Assembly: GCA_016748015.1 (NCBI GenBank) | Contig: JAAOMT010000219.1 | Coordinates: forward strand, 286,322 to 350,321 | Origin: Geosiphon pyriformis uo1 | Lineage: Eukaryota; Fungi; Glomeromycota | DNA length: 64,000 nucleotides | Direction of reading: 5' to 3' | Shown here: in pieces, positions 1 to 12,921 of the stretch | Position numbering within the stretch: position 1 is the first letter of the stretch | Layout: the number at the start of each line of letters is the position of its first letter | The notes under the pieces: model-generated | Database searches by the model: none | Seen by the model: the letters and a program-made list of their open reading frames with translations, nothing else | What the model was told of the DNA's origin: nothing | Made by a program: the position numbers and the translations under genes

Positions 1-3000
1 TTTCTTTGAACAAGTTTATTTTAAAGACAACTTTAAAAAAAAAAAACAACAGCATCAATTAACTTTTATATTTCACAACCTTTGAACAACAGCCTTTTAA
101 TTTTGAATATTTGAATTATCAAATTCACATCTGGATTGCTGTCCACCAATTAGTTAAAACCTTCTTTGAAACAGAAAAAAAAGTTATCAAACTGCTTCTG
201 TTTTTGACTTCTTTTCAAGTAAATCAAAATATTCTACATAAATAGCTATTTCTGAACCAATGACTAATAATCTCATACAACAAAACATTCTGGCTGTTCT
301 TCAAGACATACAAACTGCTTTAAAGCAAAGAAATAACACTCCACTATCTTTATTTAAAGACAATACACAAAACCCAATTAAATAGTTAGATTTTAAAAAA
401 GCAGTCACTGCTAATTAATATGATGCTAAATATAAGTTCCAAATCATTGGTAGCTACCTTTAAAACTTTTCTGCTATCTGGTTCTTACAAAAAACCAATG
501 CTGATGCTTATCAAAAAATTATTAAATGAACATCAACAAATGCTGAAAAAAAAAATACCTCTTTTACAATTCAGTTTAAAACTAAATTTAGAAAGAAAAA
601 CCCAAGATCCTAGTAAAGTTGTGACTAAATATGTCAAAGCAATCAAAAAACTAATCAAATAAATACACTTTGGAAGAAATTAGACAGAAAAACAAAAAAT
701 TTATTCCTTTACAAAAAAATTAAGAACTGATCTTTTCTATACTTTTTGGCCCCTTCTGGCTTTAAAAGATAATTCTACAATAAATATGGCTATTGAATTT
801 GCCCAAAGAATGCACCTAGAATTTATACTTTCAGTTTTTGCTCCTGTTTTTGTTATGGCCTCTGCTTTTCAAATAACTACTATCTCTTTTGCTGCCCAAA
901 TTCAAGACCCAAATAAACAGTTAATAGATAAACTTACAGCAAATTTTGCCCAGTTATTGGAACTCTTAATTCAAGCAATTACAAATAATTAGCAACCACA
1001 AAAACCCAAATTTAAATCTTGTTTTAATCAGCTCCAACAACCTCCTTATTAAAGACAACAAAATCATGACTCACCTGTATATTATTATTGTGAATTAACT
1101 AAACATTTCTCCAGAAATTGCAACAATCTTTTTTTGTCTTCTCCAGCTCTTAAAAATAATGATAATTAAAACAACAGAATTAACAACAACAGTATTCCTA
1201 ATTAAAGACCTAATTATGCTAACATCAATTTCTTTGAAGAAAATCTTCTAGTTAAAGCTATTGTTTATTAGTTTTTAAACTAGTAGGCACACTTCCAAAG
1301 AATAAGAGTGCAAGCCAACCAGAAAAAAACCTCTTTTTTGCTTTTAACTTAACTAATAATGACTATAACATAAATAAATTAGCAATTAATATCTCTGAAT
1401 CAACAAAAAAAAAAGAAAGCCAATTTTAATTTTGTTCTGAATCCAAATAAAACATTCATATCAACTGTTAATAACAATAAGCCACCAAAAACTAAAGTTT
1501 TTAAAAATTTTTCAAAGCTGGAATTTTCAAAAATTATACAAAAATTTGGTCCCTATTCTATTGTTAAAGATTTCATAAAAACTCCAGTTTATATTATCTT
1601 TGGCCAGTTAATAATCCATTCACAATTCAGAAAAGATTTTTGCAAATCTTTGATCTCAAAGAAAAAAATACCAAAAACCAATAAACACTCTTGACAAACT
1701 GGACTTATTAACAATAGTAATGTTATCTCTCTAATTTGCAAAGCCCAAGTGACTGGTTATTTTATTAACTTAATTTTAGACAGTAAATTATCTGTAAGTA
1801 TAATTGCCAAACACTTTCTAAAAGCCATTAGTAGAAAGCTTAATAAACTTTTAATCAGACTAATGACCAATGTGCATGATAACAAAAAAAAAAGCTTGGT
1901 ATAACCAAAGCTGTTTTTGTCTGCATCAATAGCATTAGCATTAAAACTGACATGAAAGTATTCAAAGCAAAAAAATACACTATTATTGTTAACAATAAAT
2001 GGTTTAAGAAAGCAAAAGTTTTGCTTAATTATGAATTTTATAAACTAACTATCAGATATGGTAAAAAACCCATTGTGGTTAAATATTACTATTGAACAAC
2101 TTCTTTAGTACTCAAGCAGAATCAAAAAAATAAGCAATTAGATAAATCAAATGATAAAGAGAGTGATAAAAAAAAAAACAAAAAAAACAAAAAAAAACTG
2201 CTAAATTTACTTATACCATTTTTACCAACAATGACAAGCCATTAAATAATATTAAAGCTAACAGAGAAGAAATTATTGTAAATGACAAGCTGATCTGCTG
2301 GTCTTACTATGACATACTTAAAAAAATTTTTGCCAGAAAACCTAACAATAAAGCCAAAAACAGCTATTGGTGATATAGTTCTTGTGCCAGGTGCTAATAT
2401 AATAAACTTTTGTATTCTCCTAGTAATAAATGCAAGTCTTGCCTAATCTATTACAAAGATTGAGAGTCAATTAGTTTGATATTCAGAGAAGAACTAAAAG
2501 AAGTACAAAAGTTCTTTGAAAATGAACCATCTGAAATCTAATTACTTATAGTAGAACAAAGAGAACTCTTTCCTAAAAAAAGAAAAATAGACATTGAAAT
2601 CTGTTGGTTAGAAATAGCCCAGTTATCTCAAAAAAAAGTAACACCTCTGGATGAACTTATGTAATACAACATATCATTACCATCAGAGAAACTTGCTTCA
2701 TTTATTTAAAACCTTATCAATCTAATTAATATAATAATAAATTCATCAAGAAAGAAATAATCTGAATAAAAAATCTTAGATTCATACAAAAAACCAAGAG
2801 TAAATAGGCTTTTTTAGTTGTAGTGATATCTAAAAAAGATAAAAATCTATGCTTTTGTGTTAACTACTGCCAATTAAATGTTATTACTATAAGAGATATG
2901 TATTTACTCCTCAAAATTGATGCAATACTAGACAAATTCAATGGTGCTGCTTTTTTTTCAACTATTAACTTAACTGCTGAATTCTGGCAAGTAGAAATAA

Positions 3001-6000
3001 ATTCAGAAAGTAGAAAAAAAACTGTTTTTATTACCAAATATGGCACCTACAAATTTACAGTCATGTCTTTTGGTCTCATCAATGCTCCTTCTATTTTTTA
3101 ACACCTAATAGACAAAGTGTTTGAATCAGTAAAAAAAAATTTTGTTGTGGTCTATTTGAATGTTATAATAATATACTCAAAAACCTGGGATTGAATATCT
3201 TGAACACTTGCAAAAGGTTTTTGATCTCCTTAGAAATGCTGGTCTTAAAATAAATCCAATCAAATCTTTCTTTGAATAACAATTCACCCAGTTTTTTGGT
3301 TATTTTATTACAAAAGATGAAATCTTCTTTGATCCAGCCAAAGTTGAAAAAGTCTAAAACATTAGACAACTTATGAATATTCTTAAAACTACACTTTTTT
3401 CTTGGATTGGCTTCTTATTATTGCAAATTTATCAAGGATTTCTCTAAAATTACTTTTTCTTTCAATCAGCTACTAAAGAAAAATATCAATTATTATTGAA
3501 GCACTTATCAACAAAAAGCTTTTAAAACTTTAAAAAAAAAACTTGTCACTAAACCAATTCTTAAACAACTTGATCTGGACCAATTTTTTATTCTACATAT
3601 TGATGTATCTGGTTATAGACTTGGTGCTGTTCTTTTTCAAAAAAATGAAAATAGCAGGAAACATACTATAACATATACCAGTAGAACCCTCACATTAGCA
3701 GAAAAGAACTATTCAGTTACTAAACAAAAATACTTAGCAGTAGTATAGACTACTAATTACTGGAACCAATATTTTTTTGGCATAAAATTCTTAGTGATAA
3801 CAGATTATTAAGCCTTGGTTTGACTGTGCAATAAAAATAAGCTAGAACACAAACAAATAACTCACTAAATATTCTATCTAGATAAATTCAACTATAACAT
3901 TTAACATCACAAAAGAGCTAATTATCAAAATACTAATGTCCTTTTCAGACTTACTATTCAGTAATAATACAACCTCTTAAACCAAACTAATCTAATTATT
4001 AATAACTCTTTCACAAACAAACACAATAATAGACTTAGACAACTACTTTGTTTTAATAGAATTTTTGGGTAAAAGACAATACTTATTGAATTATACTCAA
4101 CAGCAAAGAGAACATTTATGCAAACAATCAAATTTCTATTTGATTACCAGAACCAGTTATATAAAAAAAACAGAAAAAATCTTGATCATTCCCAAAAAGT
4201 TATCAGATTTGAAGAAAGAGAAATAATAATATACAACATGTATACTGACCCATTAGTTGAACACTTTGGAAAAACAAAAACAATTCAAAAAACCTTAGCT
4301 TGCTATTATTGACTTATCTTGAAAAAAAACATTACTAAGTACATCAAAACCTGTGACATCTGCCAAAGAAGAGGCTAATCCAATTGAAAAGAAGATATTT
4401 ATTCAATTTCTGTTGGTCAACCATTTGACAGAATTGGTATAAATGTTGTTAAATCTTTGACAATAACTTCTGATGACAATAGATATATTATCACAACTAC
4501 TAACTATTTTATAAAATAGGTAGAAACAAAAGCCACTTCAGATCAAATAGCAGTTTTAATAGCCAATTTTATTTATAAAGACATTATCTGCCATTATGAC
4601 TGTTCCAAAGAACTTTTATTTAATAGAAAAAGAGCTTTTCTTAGTACATTGGTTAAGGAACTTTGTAGAAAAATGAGAATATATTATAAACTTTCTTTCT
4701 TTTACCATTTTTAAACAAATGGCCTAGTAGAACATTTCAATAAAACACTATGTGAAATCTTAGCCAAAACCAGTAAAAAAACAAACTTATAAAATAAAGT
4801 ACTGTCTTCAGCTTTGTTTACTTATAGAACTGTAAATTATTACATAATAAGTTATGAATTTTTTTATCTATTCTATCAATACATAACAACACTATTAATA
4901 GAAATTGACATTGAAATCACATCTTTTAAAAAAATTACAATAAGAAATTATAAAGACATTTTGCAAAAAAGACTTGGTACCATTCTTGATTTATTGGTAA
5001 AAGCATAAATAATTGCTTTTAAAAAGATAAAACAATTTCAAAAAAAGCTTAAGAAAAAGAAAACTTATAAAACATTTTTCTTAAGTATTGAGGACTTAGT
5101 ATTTAAATACCATTTAGATAGAAATAATGTTTATGGTAATAAATTCTCTAGCCAATAAAAAAGACTCTTTATAATCAACAAAGTTTTGAACAATAGTTCT
5201 TATATTTTTCAAGATCAATTCAAAACAATCTTCAATAATCATTTTGTTTATAGTACATGACTTAAAAAATATCATAAACGGCTTAATTGGTTGCCTGTTG
5301 TAATAATACCAACTCAAATAATTAGCAAAAATCAAGTATAAATAAATACATTATTCTTAAAACAGAAGTATCTTTAATCAACATAAATAATTATTTTCTG
5401 GATCAAAACATTTAAAACATTTTCTATACTCTTTATAATTATTGAATCAAAAACTATCCAAATACTACTCTAATCATTGGAAAACAGATTATCATAACTG
5501 ATAACAGTAGAACATATACTGCTATTAGACCCAAGAAAACCACTATCAGAAGAGAAAAAATTGGTAGCAAAATAGATAAATATCTGTTGAAAAGTATAAT
5601 AACAATTATACTTCTACTTTTTAATATAATTGAAAAAACACTTCAAAAAATCTTGTCTATAGACAAAAACTTGTCATATGGAAGGCAATTAAAACTCTAT
5701 GGTTGTTTTAGTAAAATCATAGAAGATATAAAACTCATAAAAAAAACAACTTCAGAGATACAGACAAAAATTTTGGGCATTATACAGTTAGATGTTTTAA
5801 GAGTTTTAACTATTGTTAAAAAAGCCAAAACTCTTATACAAAAATTTGGTTTTTTAGATACAAAACTTATTTTGTCTCAAGTATTATATACTCTATCCAC
5901 AAAAAACTTTAACAAACTAATTAGCTTTGAGTTAAACAAAACTCTTTAAATAAATTATTTCATAAATAGCTTGATTTCATTAGAGCTCAATCTCTTTGGA

Positions 6001-6672
6001 GAGAATGATATTATAGTTGAAATCCATACTTTTTATTAATTATTATATATATTAGCCATTAATGTCATATAATTAGCCACCATATTTTTAAATAATGATT
6101 ATTGACCTGATTATTGACTTAATTATTGATCATTTTCAATAGTTATATAAGTAATAAGTTCTTTAGCTGTAAAAAAACATGATCAAAGTAATAAAATAAA
6201 ACACTATTAATTACTTTTTCTTATATTGCTTATTTTCTTTTCTCTATTTTCAAGTATCTGAATATCTTGGAATAAAAAATTACTTGTTGGTATTTACATA
6301 CCTTATTTTTTCTCCTTCTTGATTTGTATTTGTTAGAATTAGTCTGAAAAGTAATTGTTTGTTCTTGTAATTCATTGAATAAAGAAACAATTAAAAAGCA
6401 TAATAATACCTATTATTGATTCTAAAAATTGCTGAGTTAAGACATAGAATAATAGCAGTAGTATTATTTTGTTAACAATCATAAACTATTCCTTTATCTT
6501 CAGATTTCCAGAAAAAATTTGCAACTGTGATTTTTATGAGACTGATCATGCATATTGAATTTATACATATTTAATTCACTCTCTTATTATAATTCTCTTT
6601 TTGATTATTTCTATTATTCTACAATCCTGTTTTCTTTTGTTATCCATTAGCTTGTTACTCTAATCCATAACA
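1..6672 (+). mobile_element. Ty3/gypsy family A copy A1, 5' part outside the window, heavily decayed (gag-PR-RT-RH-IN-ORF3-PPT-3'LTR)
   Basis: Collinear with copies at 12180-19785 and 46821-54448. RT fragment FCVNYCQLN...SFGLINAPS (2823-3101), IN HHCC remnant (4118-4370), ORF3 (5587-5949), TTTAAAC at 1274-1280. Confidence 0.93.
6009..6672 (+). repeat. Family A 3' LTR
   Basis: Starts TATTATAGTTG (decayed TGTTACGGTTG) right after PPT tttggagagaatga and ends CCATAACA. Homologous to the other A LTRs. Confidence 0.9.
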
Positions 6673-8580
6673 ATATCATCAATTTAAAATAAAAGATAAG
6701 CATTATTTTTTGTAATATTGTTGAGTTTTCTGTAGTTAACACAAAATCTGATTTTGTTTTTTTTTGTAAATAAAATTCATAAACTGATTAAACAATTACT
6801 GTATTTTTTAATAAATTAGTAATTGGTATTATTAAAGATTTTTTTGCTTTTTTTTGATATTGTTAATATTGTTAATTGTTAGTTCTATTGTTTAATAGAA
6901 GTTAGTAAATTTTTGATAATTAATTTATTTTCAAAGTATCTTTTTATACTTTGAATTATATGTTGTTGAACTTATAACAGAATGATCAATTCTATATTAA
7001 TTATTTTTATATAATTACTTTGTAATAAAAATTAATTTTTTACAAAAAATTTTGTTTGTAAATTACCTTAATAATATATTAGTTACTTTATTATAAAAGT
7101 TAATTTTTTTACAAAAATCTTAACTATAGACTATCTAATAATATAAAAATTAGAAAATTAAAAAATAAGAAAATTTTAAATTAAAAAAAATAAAATAAAA
7201 TATGAGTATAATAAAGTTATTTTAAATTCAGACCTAAAAATATTAACAGTTATTAAAATTAATAACTAATTAATTTTAAGTTTATTAATTTAAAAATATG
7301 TAATTTTAAAATAATAATAATTAAAAATTTTTAGTTTATAAATAATTTTATTAAATTAATTTGTAATTAATAATATTTAAATATAAGCTTAATTCTAAAT
7401 AATATATATTTTCTTAAAAAAAAAAGCTTCTTTTTTATACAATTTGCTATAACACTATTTTATAATCTAGCATTTTTTTTTAATATTTTAGCAAACTAAT
7501 ATATATTTTGTTAAATTACAAGTTACTTTTAAATTATTTTGGTAAACTATTAAATATTTTGTTGAATTTTTTAGTATTTTAGCAAATTTTAAATGTTATA
7601 TAATTTAGAATATTGCATAATTTAATCATTACAATTTGATTATATTTGTTTTCTGTATAAATTAAATTATTAATTAAATAATAATTTGGTAATTTAATAA
7701 AATAATAAATGATAATTTAAAATAATAATATATATTAATTAATAATAAGAATTATAAAAATAATTTTATGTTAATTAATAATTTAAATTTTTGTTAATAA
7801 CATAATTTTTTTTTAAAATTAAATTTTGTTAAAATCCAAGTATTGTCTATTATTTGAAAATAATAATCCAAACTTATTGAAAAAATTTGGTTTAAAAATT
7901 GTTAAAATTTTAGTTTTATAAGTTTTTTAATATATTAAATTTTTAAGAGTTGTAAAATTGGGTTTTATAAGATATTTTTACAAATATAAAATAAATTATA
8001 AAGTCTAAAAGCTGTTTTAATTTTGTAATAAGTGTTTATTGCTTTGGTTGTTGTCTTAAATTTATTATATATTGTTTTTAAATAGTTTTAAATGTAAAAT
8101 TTGTTGCTTTAAATGCCAATTTTTTTGTAAAGTGTTTTTTTAATATAAAAATATCTATAAATTAGAGAGTATTTACTGTTTTATTTATTAAAACACTATT
8201 AAAATTTTTGTTAAACTGTAGTATTTAATAAAATATTAATAGAAACAAATAATAAATTTTTTCTTAAAGCTTATTTTAAAAGTTTTAACAAGTAAATTTT
8301 AGAATAATTTCTTGTTTTTTTTTATAAAAATAATAACTTTGTGTATTTTTTACTAAAATTATAGCAGATTTTTGTTGGTGTATAATTAATGTGTTTTTTT
8401 ACTAATATAGTTAAATCTAAGATAATCTATAACTTTTTACTATCAATATAAATTATTTTAGATGCTAGATTTAGTTTAAATTCTGCTAATTTTAGTACAA
8501 TTACAATAAAACAAATCAATATTTCTATAACTAAAAATGCTATATAATAATATAATATTACTTATTTAACAAAATAATTA
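6673..8580 (-). mobile_element. Extremely decayed Ty3/gypsy remnant(s), not family A
   Basis: Minus strand of ~6673-6770 reads KIRFCVNYRKLNNITKNNAYLLF*IDDI (RT N-terminus). ~8330-8480 weakly resembles the family B gag start. Almost no G/C left; internal boundaries uncertain. Confidence 0.5.
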
Positions 8581-9199
8581 TTAATTATATAAGTAATTAA
8601 ATTAAAGTTTTAAATTGTCCTAAATTTTAAATTATTATTGATTGTATAAATAATCAAGTCAGAGTTTTAAATTGTTTTAAGTTTTAAATTATTATTAACT
8701 TTATGAATAATTATGTTAGAGTTTTAAATTGTCTTAAGTTCTAAATTATCATCAATTATATAAGTAATTAAGTCAGAGTTTTAAATTGTCCCAAGTTTTA
8801 AATTATTACTAATCTTATAAATAATCAAGTCAAAGTTTTAAATTGTTCCAAGTTTTAAATTATTATTAATTATATGAGTAATCAAATTAGAGTTTTAAAT
8901 TGTTTCAAGTTTTAAATTATTATTAATTTTATAAGTAATTAAGTTGAAATTTTAAATTGTTTTAAGTTCTAAATTATTATTGATTATATAAATAATTAAG
9001 TCAGAGTTTCAAATTGTTTTAAGTTCTAAATTATTATTAATTATATAAATAATTAAGTTGAAGTTTTGAATTGTTTCAAGTTCTAAATTATTATTAATTA
9101 TATAAGTAATTAAGTCAAAGTTTTGATTTGGTTGAAATTTTAAATTATTATTAATTATATAAGTAATTAAGTTAGAGTTTTAAATTATTATTAATTATA
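8581..9199. repeat. 58-bp tandem repeat, about 10.5 copies
   Basis: Unit ~ttaattatataagtaattaagtcagagttttaaattgtcccaagttttaaattattat, shifting 2 nt per 60-nt line. Copies differ mostly by C/T and G/A. Confidence 0.9.
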
Positions 9200-9855
9200 T
9201 GTTATAAGTTAAAACAACAAGCCAATAGATAGCAAAAAAAACAGAATTGTAAAGTAATAGAAATAATCAAAAAAAAATTTTCAATAAAAAAGTAAATTAA
9301 ATAAGTAAAAATTTAATGTGTATAATTAGTTTCATAAAAATTACAGTTGCAAATTTTTTTGAAAATCTAAAAGTAGAAAAATATTCTATAATTGTCAACA
9401 AGATAATACTATTGCTATTATTTTATGTTTCAATTCAGCAATTTTTAAAATCAATAGCAAATATTATTGTGTTTTTCAATCATTTTTTTATTCAATAAAT
9501 TATAAAAACAAAAAATTGTTTTTTAAACTAATTCTAATAATACAAATTAAAAAAAAAAGATAAGATATATAAATATTAACAAGTAATTTTTTATTTTAAA
9601 ATATTTAGATACTTGAAGATAGAAAAAAAAATAAGCAATATAAGAAAAAGTAATTAATAGTGGATTTTATTTTGTTATTTTGATCATAATTTTTTATAAT
9701 TAAAGAACTTATTGCTTATATAGCTATTAAAAGTAGTTAATAACCAGATTAATAACTAAGTTAATAATCAAGTTAATAATCAAATCAATAATTAAATTAA
9801 TAGTCAGATTATTAATTATGTTAATAATTATTAAAAATAAAGTGGCTAATTATAT
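9200..9855 (-). repeat. Family A LTR, reverse orientation, missing ~50 nt of its 5' end
   Basis: tgttataagttaaaacaacaagccaatagatagc is the reverse complement of the A LTR end. It is cut at 9855 by a + strand A LTR. Confidence 0.85.
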
Positions 9856-12179
9856 TGTTATAATTAAAACCCATACTTTTTATTAGTTATTATATGTATT
9901 ACCCACTAATATTATATAATTAGCCACACTATTTTTAAATAGTAATCATTAATCTGATTATTGACTTAGTTATTAACCACTTTTAATAGCTATATAAGTA
10001 ATGGGTTTCTTAGCTATAAAAAAACATAATTAAAGTATTAAAATAAAAATCCACTATCAATTACTTTCTCTTATATTACTTATTTTTTTTTTTTTATCTT
10101 CAATTATCTGAATATTTTAGAATAAAAGATTACTTGTTGGTATTAACATATTTTATTTTTTTCCTTTTTTGATTTATATTGTTAAAATTAGCCTAAAAAG
10201 TGATTACTTATTCTTGTAATTTATTGAATAAAAAAACAATTAAAAAACACAACAATATCTATTATTAATTCTAAAAATTACTAAGTTAAAACATAGAATA
10301 ATAGTAGTGGTGTTATCTTATTAACAATTATAAATTATTTTTCTATTTTCAGATTTTTAAAAAAGATTTGTAACTGTGATTTTTATGAAACTGATCATGC
10401 ACATTGAATTCTTATTCATTCAACTCACTCTTATATTGTAATTTTTTCTTTAATTATTTTTATTATCTTATAATTCTATTCTCCTTTGTTATTTGTTAGC
10501 TTGTTATTGTAACCCATAACATAAAAGTAGTGCTTTCTATAAAGTTGTCAAAATCTACTTTGTTTTTTATTATATGAGTGATTATTTATAACTGGCACAA
10601 TAATCAAAAAAATATTTTGAAGTACATAACAAAAATAACCTAAACTTTATTAAACTCAATTCTTTGTCTTTTTTCTTGATTTGCTTTTCCATTGAAAAAC
10701 AATCTAGTAAACAATTCCAAGACTTTTAGAACTGGCTTTTAAATAAGCATTTAGCTGAAACTTATATAGTCTATACAACTTATTACTTTAATCAAGCTTA
10801 TTTTAAAGACAACTTTGAAGAAAGAAACAACAGCATCAATTAGCTTTTATATTCCATAATCTTTGAACAACAGTCTTCTGATTTCGAATATTTGAATTAC
10901 CAAATTCACATCTGGATTGCTGCCTATCAGTTAGCTGAAACCCCTTTTAAAACAAAAGAAAAAAGTTATCAAACTGTTCCTGTTTTTAATCTTTTTTTAA
11001 GCAAATTAGAACATTCTATACAAACAGCTATGCCTGAACCAATAGCTAATAATCTTATGTAAACAAACATTTTGGCCATCTTTCAGAGTATACAAATTGC
11101 TTTAGAGCAAAGAAACAACACCTTATTACAACTATTTAAAAGTGAGGCTCAAGACTTAATTAAATGGTTAGATGATTTTGAAAGAACAGCCACTACAAAT
11201 TAGTATGATACAGAATACAAGTTCCAAATCATTGGTGGCTATCTCTAAGGCTTTTCTGCTACTTGGTTTTCACAAAAAACGAATGCCAATGTTCAACAAA
11301 AAATTATTAGATGAACATCAGCAAATGTTAAAGAAGACAACACTTTTTTTACTACCCAGTTTGAAAACAAATTTAAAACTCCTATTTTAATCTCAAAATA
11401 GCATATGGAATTAAAAAAAAACCCAAGATCTTGGTAAAATTGTAACTAAGTATGCCAAAACAATCAAAAAGTTAATTAAGAAAATAGATTCTGGAAAAAA
11501 CTAAACAGAAAGCAAAAAATTTATTCCTTTACAAAAAGATTGAGAATTAATTTTTTATATGTTCTTTGGCTCCTCTTGGCTTTAAAAAATAATTCAACAA
11601 TAGATATGACTATTGAACTTGTTTAATGAATTGAAAACAATCAAAGAATACATTTGGGATTCACACTTCTAGTTTTTGTTCCTATTTTTGTTATGGCTCC
11701 TGTTCTTTAAATAGTTGCTACCTCTTTTGCTGCTCAAACTCAAAACCCAAATTAACAATTGATAAATAAATTCACAGCCAATCTTGTTTGGTTACTGGAA
11801 CTCTTAGCTTAAGCAGTCAAAGATAACCAGCAACTACAAAGATTCAGATTTAAATCCCATTTTAATTAGTCCCAGCAACTCTTTTATCAAAAATGGCAAA
11901 ATTGTGGCTCACTTATATGCTACTACTGTAAATTAACTGAATACTTTTTCAGAAATTGCAACAATTTCTCATTATCCCTTCCAGCTTTTAGAAACAATAA
12001 AAATCAAAACAATAGACCCAACAACAATAATGCCCCTAATTAAAGACCTAATTATGCTAACATCAATTTCTTTGAAAAAGATCTCTTAATTAAAGCCATA
12101 ATTTATCAATCTTTAAACTAATAACCACATCTTCAAAGAGTAAGAGTACAAGCCAACCAAAAGAAAACCTTTTTTATGC
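9856..12179 (+). mobile_element. Family A copy A2: 5' LTR (9856-10521), decayed PBS, gag, truncated just after the frameshift site
   Basis: LTR TGTTATAATT...CCATAACA; decayed PBS taaaagtagtgctttctataaag; gag homology; TTTAAAC at 12112-12118. Confidence 0.9.
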
Positions 12180-12869
12180 TGTTTCAATTAAAATTTATAC
12201 TTCTTATTAAATATTATATGTATTAGTCATTGATTTCATATAAATTAGCCACTCTATTTTTAGAAAGTAATCATTGATCTAATCAATGACCTGATCGTTG
12301 ACCTGATCATTAACCTAGTTGTTGACCTGATCATTGACCACTTTTGATAACTATATAAGCAATGAATCTCTTAGCTATAGAAAAGTATGAAGAAATCAAG
12401 GAAATAAAATAAATAAAATAATAACTTTCATCTCAATCATTCTCTTATTACTAATTTTTTTTTCCTTACCTTTAAGTATCTGAACATTTTGGGATAAAAA
12501 ATTACTTGTTGGTTATTTTTTACCCTTTTTCTGAAACGTGTAATTGCAGCATTTGAAGATTATTGAATAAAATGTGACTGAAGAGTACATTTAATAACTA
12601 ATATTGAATTCTAAGAGCACCAATGTAAGGCATAAAATTATACCAGGCATAATCATTTGTTAATAGTATGGACTATTTCTTTACCTTCAGATTCTCTGGT
12701 TATTTTTGAAAAGTATAGTAACTGAGATATTTTATGAGACTGATCTTGCATATTGAATCTATACTTATTTAATTCGCTCTTTGAAGTTGAATTCCTTTTG
12801 ATTATTTCTATCACCCTACAATCCTGTTTTTCCTTGCTATCTGTTAGCTTGTTACTCCAACTCATAACA
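12180..12869 (+). repeat. A3 5' LTR
   Basis: TGTTT...CATAACA; six 12-bp TGACC units; TATA ctatataag at ~12351. Confidence 0.92.
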
Positions 12870-12875
12870 TAAAAG

Positions 12876-12892
12876 TGGTGCTCCTTGTGAGG
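12876..12892 (+). promoter_or_regulatory. Primer-binding site TGGTGCTCC(T)TGTGAGG
   Basis: Begins TGG (complement of tRNA CCA), 6 nt (TAAAAG) after the LTR end. Same motif at 27560, 29795, 47483 and on the minus strand ending 61320 and 63350. Confidence 0.9.
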
Positions 12893-12921
12893 TTGTCAAA
12901 ATCCACTTTGTTTTTTATTGT

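Noticed and set aside
8581-9199. CRISPR-like periodic array
   Set aside because: Whole 58-bp units repeat with no unique spacers, no cas genes are present, and the context is eukaryotic.
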